A DNA stretch of 52,403 nt, filler included, from Sphacelaria rigidula (Eukaryota), in assembly GCA_964200075.2 (NCBI GenBank). It is 4 parts of 4 records of this genome, joined end to end, with 100 filler letters (N's around TTAATTAATTAA, not from the genome) between each part and the next. Parts side by side here need not be neighbours in the genome. Positions count along the whole stretch, not along the records: positions 39,382 to 52,403 come from CAXNAA020003223.1; 3 more parts are not named here. The stretch is one strand, 5' to 3'. The position numbers were made by a program, and so were the translations under genes. Below, in pieces: positions 49,558 to 52,403 of the stretch (its first letter is position 1; each line of letters begins with the position of its first letter). Below the pieces are notes generated by a model. That model was not told the DNA's origin and made no database searches. It saw only the letters and a list, made by a program, of their open reading frames with translations.

Positions 49558-52054
49558 GTGAGAATAGCATTGGGTCCTGTGTCATGCTAATGCGATATAA
49601 TTTCACTCTTAACCGGGATTCACATGTATATATACATATATACATGTACACATATATCCATATTCCGGCATCGTCGATTTCCGCTCGGAAGACGTATCTC
49701 ATGGCGATTGCATTTTTTTTGTTCCCCTCAAGTTTTGCGGATTTAAAGCATTGGACAGCATTTTTGGCTCCAAAACAGAAATTATCGCCACCACGTCTCT
49801 CGAGCACTTTGTATCGCGTCATTGAGAGTTTCGAAATATCGTTTCACCAGGAATCCAATTGGAACAAGAAAAGTGAGGCAATGTGAGGATTTTTTGACGA
49901 ACACAGCTAGAGTGGGGTCCCAACATAGTGCGGTAGGTTGCGGCATGGCCGCACGATGATGAAATCCCGCACTAACTGGTATTGTGGGTCGAACTTGTGA
50001 CAAGTGATAATGACCGATTGCACCCGAGAGAACCGCACTATGCTGGGTGGGACCCCGATTGTACAGGCATCACCACTTGTTTTCATGCTCTGTAGGTTAT
50101 TTTGCAAATAGTGTCGGAACCCAAGGAGCTACGTCACGAATCGGAAAAGTGGGCTCGATTCCTCTCATCAAGGTGATCCAAAGTGGCGAAGACCGGTGGC
50201 GCCGATGTGTGCTTTCTTCAGCTAGGAATATTTTAATCTTGCCGAATACCCTGAAACTAACAAAGGTGCACCAGAGAATCCATTACCCACAAACTAGCAA
50301 AATGTGATGTGACTACCGTTGTGCACGCCGGTGTCGGTTTACTCGTTCTAATTTGTTTTTTTCTCTCCGCAGAGCAACGTTCCGCTGGTTGATGTATTGA
50401 TTAGCGGAGAAAATGGAAAAGGAGAGACCAAAACACTCTTCAACATGAGCGTCGCTTGGCCACGTTCCAACAATCCAGACCCCACCTCCGTGTGTTGTAT
50501 CTCGTGGGATTTGTACACGCCCAAAGCTGCACCCAGTATCATGAGCACCAAGCTGCCCAACATCATCATGGTGCACCCGCCAAACACCAGGTTAACAGGC
50601 CGGTGCAGTGCAGTTGTGATGAACGTATAAATAGCACTGGGACTGTTTCGGGGGTGCTCATATTCCACAGAGAAACTCCCGCTGAAGGGTGAATATCGTC
50701 AGACCGTCTGCTATGAGATGACAATTGCGGAGGGGAAGACGAATATGTGGATCACGTCTCGACAGTCGAATGTTTTCTTGTCTCACTGCATGCGCACACG
50801 ATTGACCAGGTTTATGTGAGTCAAAGTTCATGAAGGTGGTCTTCGGCGAAGTTTTCACACACCTGAGGCGTACAAAATGTAGGCTGGTGAATCAACAAAT
50901 CTTGGTGTTCGGTCGCTAGCTACGAGTATGTTTGAGCGCATAGGCTGCACCCAGCTGCGAGGAATATGGTGCGCAGCAACGAGGACGCTATGCTATCGAC
51001 AACAATCTCGCATCATGACACCTGGACTTGTCGCGAACGGCCAACCGCTAAATCTCAAATACTGCCGCAACGCACTGTGAGCTTGGACAAATCCGCGTCG
51101 CGTTTCGCAAAAGAGCGCACCATTCCGACCAGTTGTTTCCGAAATTTCACATGAGTCAACCAACATGCCAGCAGCTTGCCAGCTGACTATTTTTTTGGTG
51201 CGCTAAGCCCTTGTTACACATTTGTCGTGAGTCGCGAACAACAGAAGTCCGTGCTGTGTGCTGTGTGCTGTGTGCTGTGTGCTTTGTGCTGCAGCCCCAA
51301 CCGGTTTTCAAATCACGGAGCAAACCCAGTCGGAACGGCTGAGGCCCTACTCAGACCCTGGTGTCGTGTCGTGGGCCGTAACATGCGCAGCTCCCGTGCA
51401 TTTTTCCCTCTTTCCGTCTCCACAAGTTTTGCAAATCTCAAATATCGCACATATCGCACACACACGGCCTGCACTGTATTTTCTGTGCTGACGGTGTATC
51501 ACTCATCATATCTTATGGGCACCTGATATTTTTTCAAGACGAGACTGAGGCCGATTGACAAGAAATTTGGAATGCGCAACGCTGCCCAGAAGAGTGCATG
51601 CCATTGTTACTCGGGTAGGCGTAGTGCGATTGCGTTCCGCTGCAGTCGACTGAAAATGGAAGCGAGGGGGTTCCCCTCACCCATGAAATCTGAAGCATTT
51701 TGTTCACGTGCCATCCGTTCCCCCATACTAAATATACTGTATGACTTGTTCGTTGCTCGTACACAACGGCCGATATGCAGCAAGAGTGAAGCTCGGCTAC
51801 AAGGTTATTCATGAGTGGCTAAGAGTGGACCTTTCAAGCAACGCCGCTTTTGTTAAGCTTGGCTGTGTTTGGGTAGATATCGAATTGTTACCAGGCACCA
51901 CATGTACTGTACTGTCTACAGTAGCTCGTATTTTTGTCAAACTGCACGAAACCGCTAACATACCGAAATTTGTTTGCTTCATCACGGGACGACCCAGAAA
52001 AATGGTCGCGATTCAAACGTCGATGTATAACTCATGGGAAGCCCATTTTTTTCA

Positions 52055-52221
52055 AGTAGAGTATATACTTTGGAGTACTCGAGTAAAATACTCGAGTATT
52101 TACTGTTCTCAAAGTTTGAGTAGGTCGAGTACTGCCTCAAATACTCCATTCAAATTTTGAGTAGATCGAGTACGACCTCCAATACTCGACTCAAATATTG
52201 AGTAAGCACTCTCAGTAATAC
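52055..52221. repeat. TACTCGAGTA-type subterminal repeat cluster, probable DNA-transposon end
   Basis: Many GAGTA/TACTC motifs in both orientations. Confidence 0.5.
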
Positions 52222-52403
52222 TTGGGTATAGAGCACGGTTAGGACAATTCATCACGACTCAAATCACCAAACTCATGATTTCTTCGGCCTGATTACCCAA
52301 AAGGGAGAAAAACTTTGATCGCTGGTCCAAGGGGTATCCACGCAATTTTTGCGCCATTCCACGTGTCTGGGCTGCGAGTACCTGGGTTGCAACGCTGAAA
52401 TAA

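Overview
This window is eukaryotic, intron-rich and transposon-dense, at roughly 50% GC. It most resembles a brown alga (Phaeophyceae, Ectocarpus/kelp-like); that assignment is inferred from gene and transposon style. It is not one locus. Four contigs (1-13028, 13129-26155, 26256-39281, 39382-52403; lengths 13028/13027/13026/13022) are joined by artificial N44-TTAATTAATTAA-N44 linkers. Host genes that can be reconstructed are a spliced DUF861/Cupin_3 gene (minus strand, contig 1) and a multi-exon pentatricopeptide-repeat gene (plus strand, contig 4). Contig 2 is dominated by a decayed Ty3/Gypsy LTR retrotransposon on the minus strand carrying three nested insertions: a Tc1/mariner-like MITE in the LTR, a 1117-bp TIR element with a 4-bp TSD that splits the protease, and an abundant repeat that truncates RT. 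Other elements include a tRNA-derived SINE family, many MITEs, an inverted duplication of an adhesin-like exon that forms a long hairpin, and a circularly permuted tandem repeat with GCGAAGC mini-hairpins at most contig breaks. No CRISPR array, rRNA or intact transposase was found.
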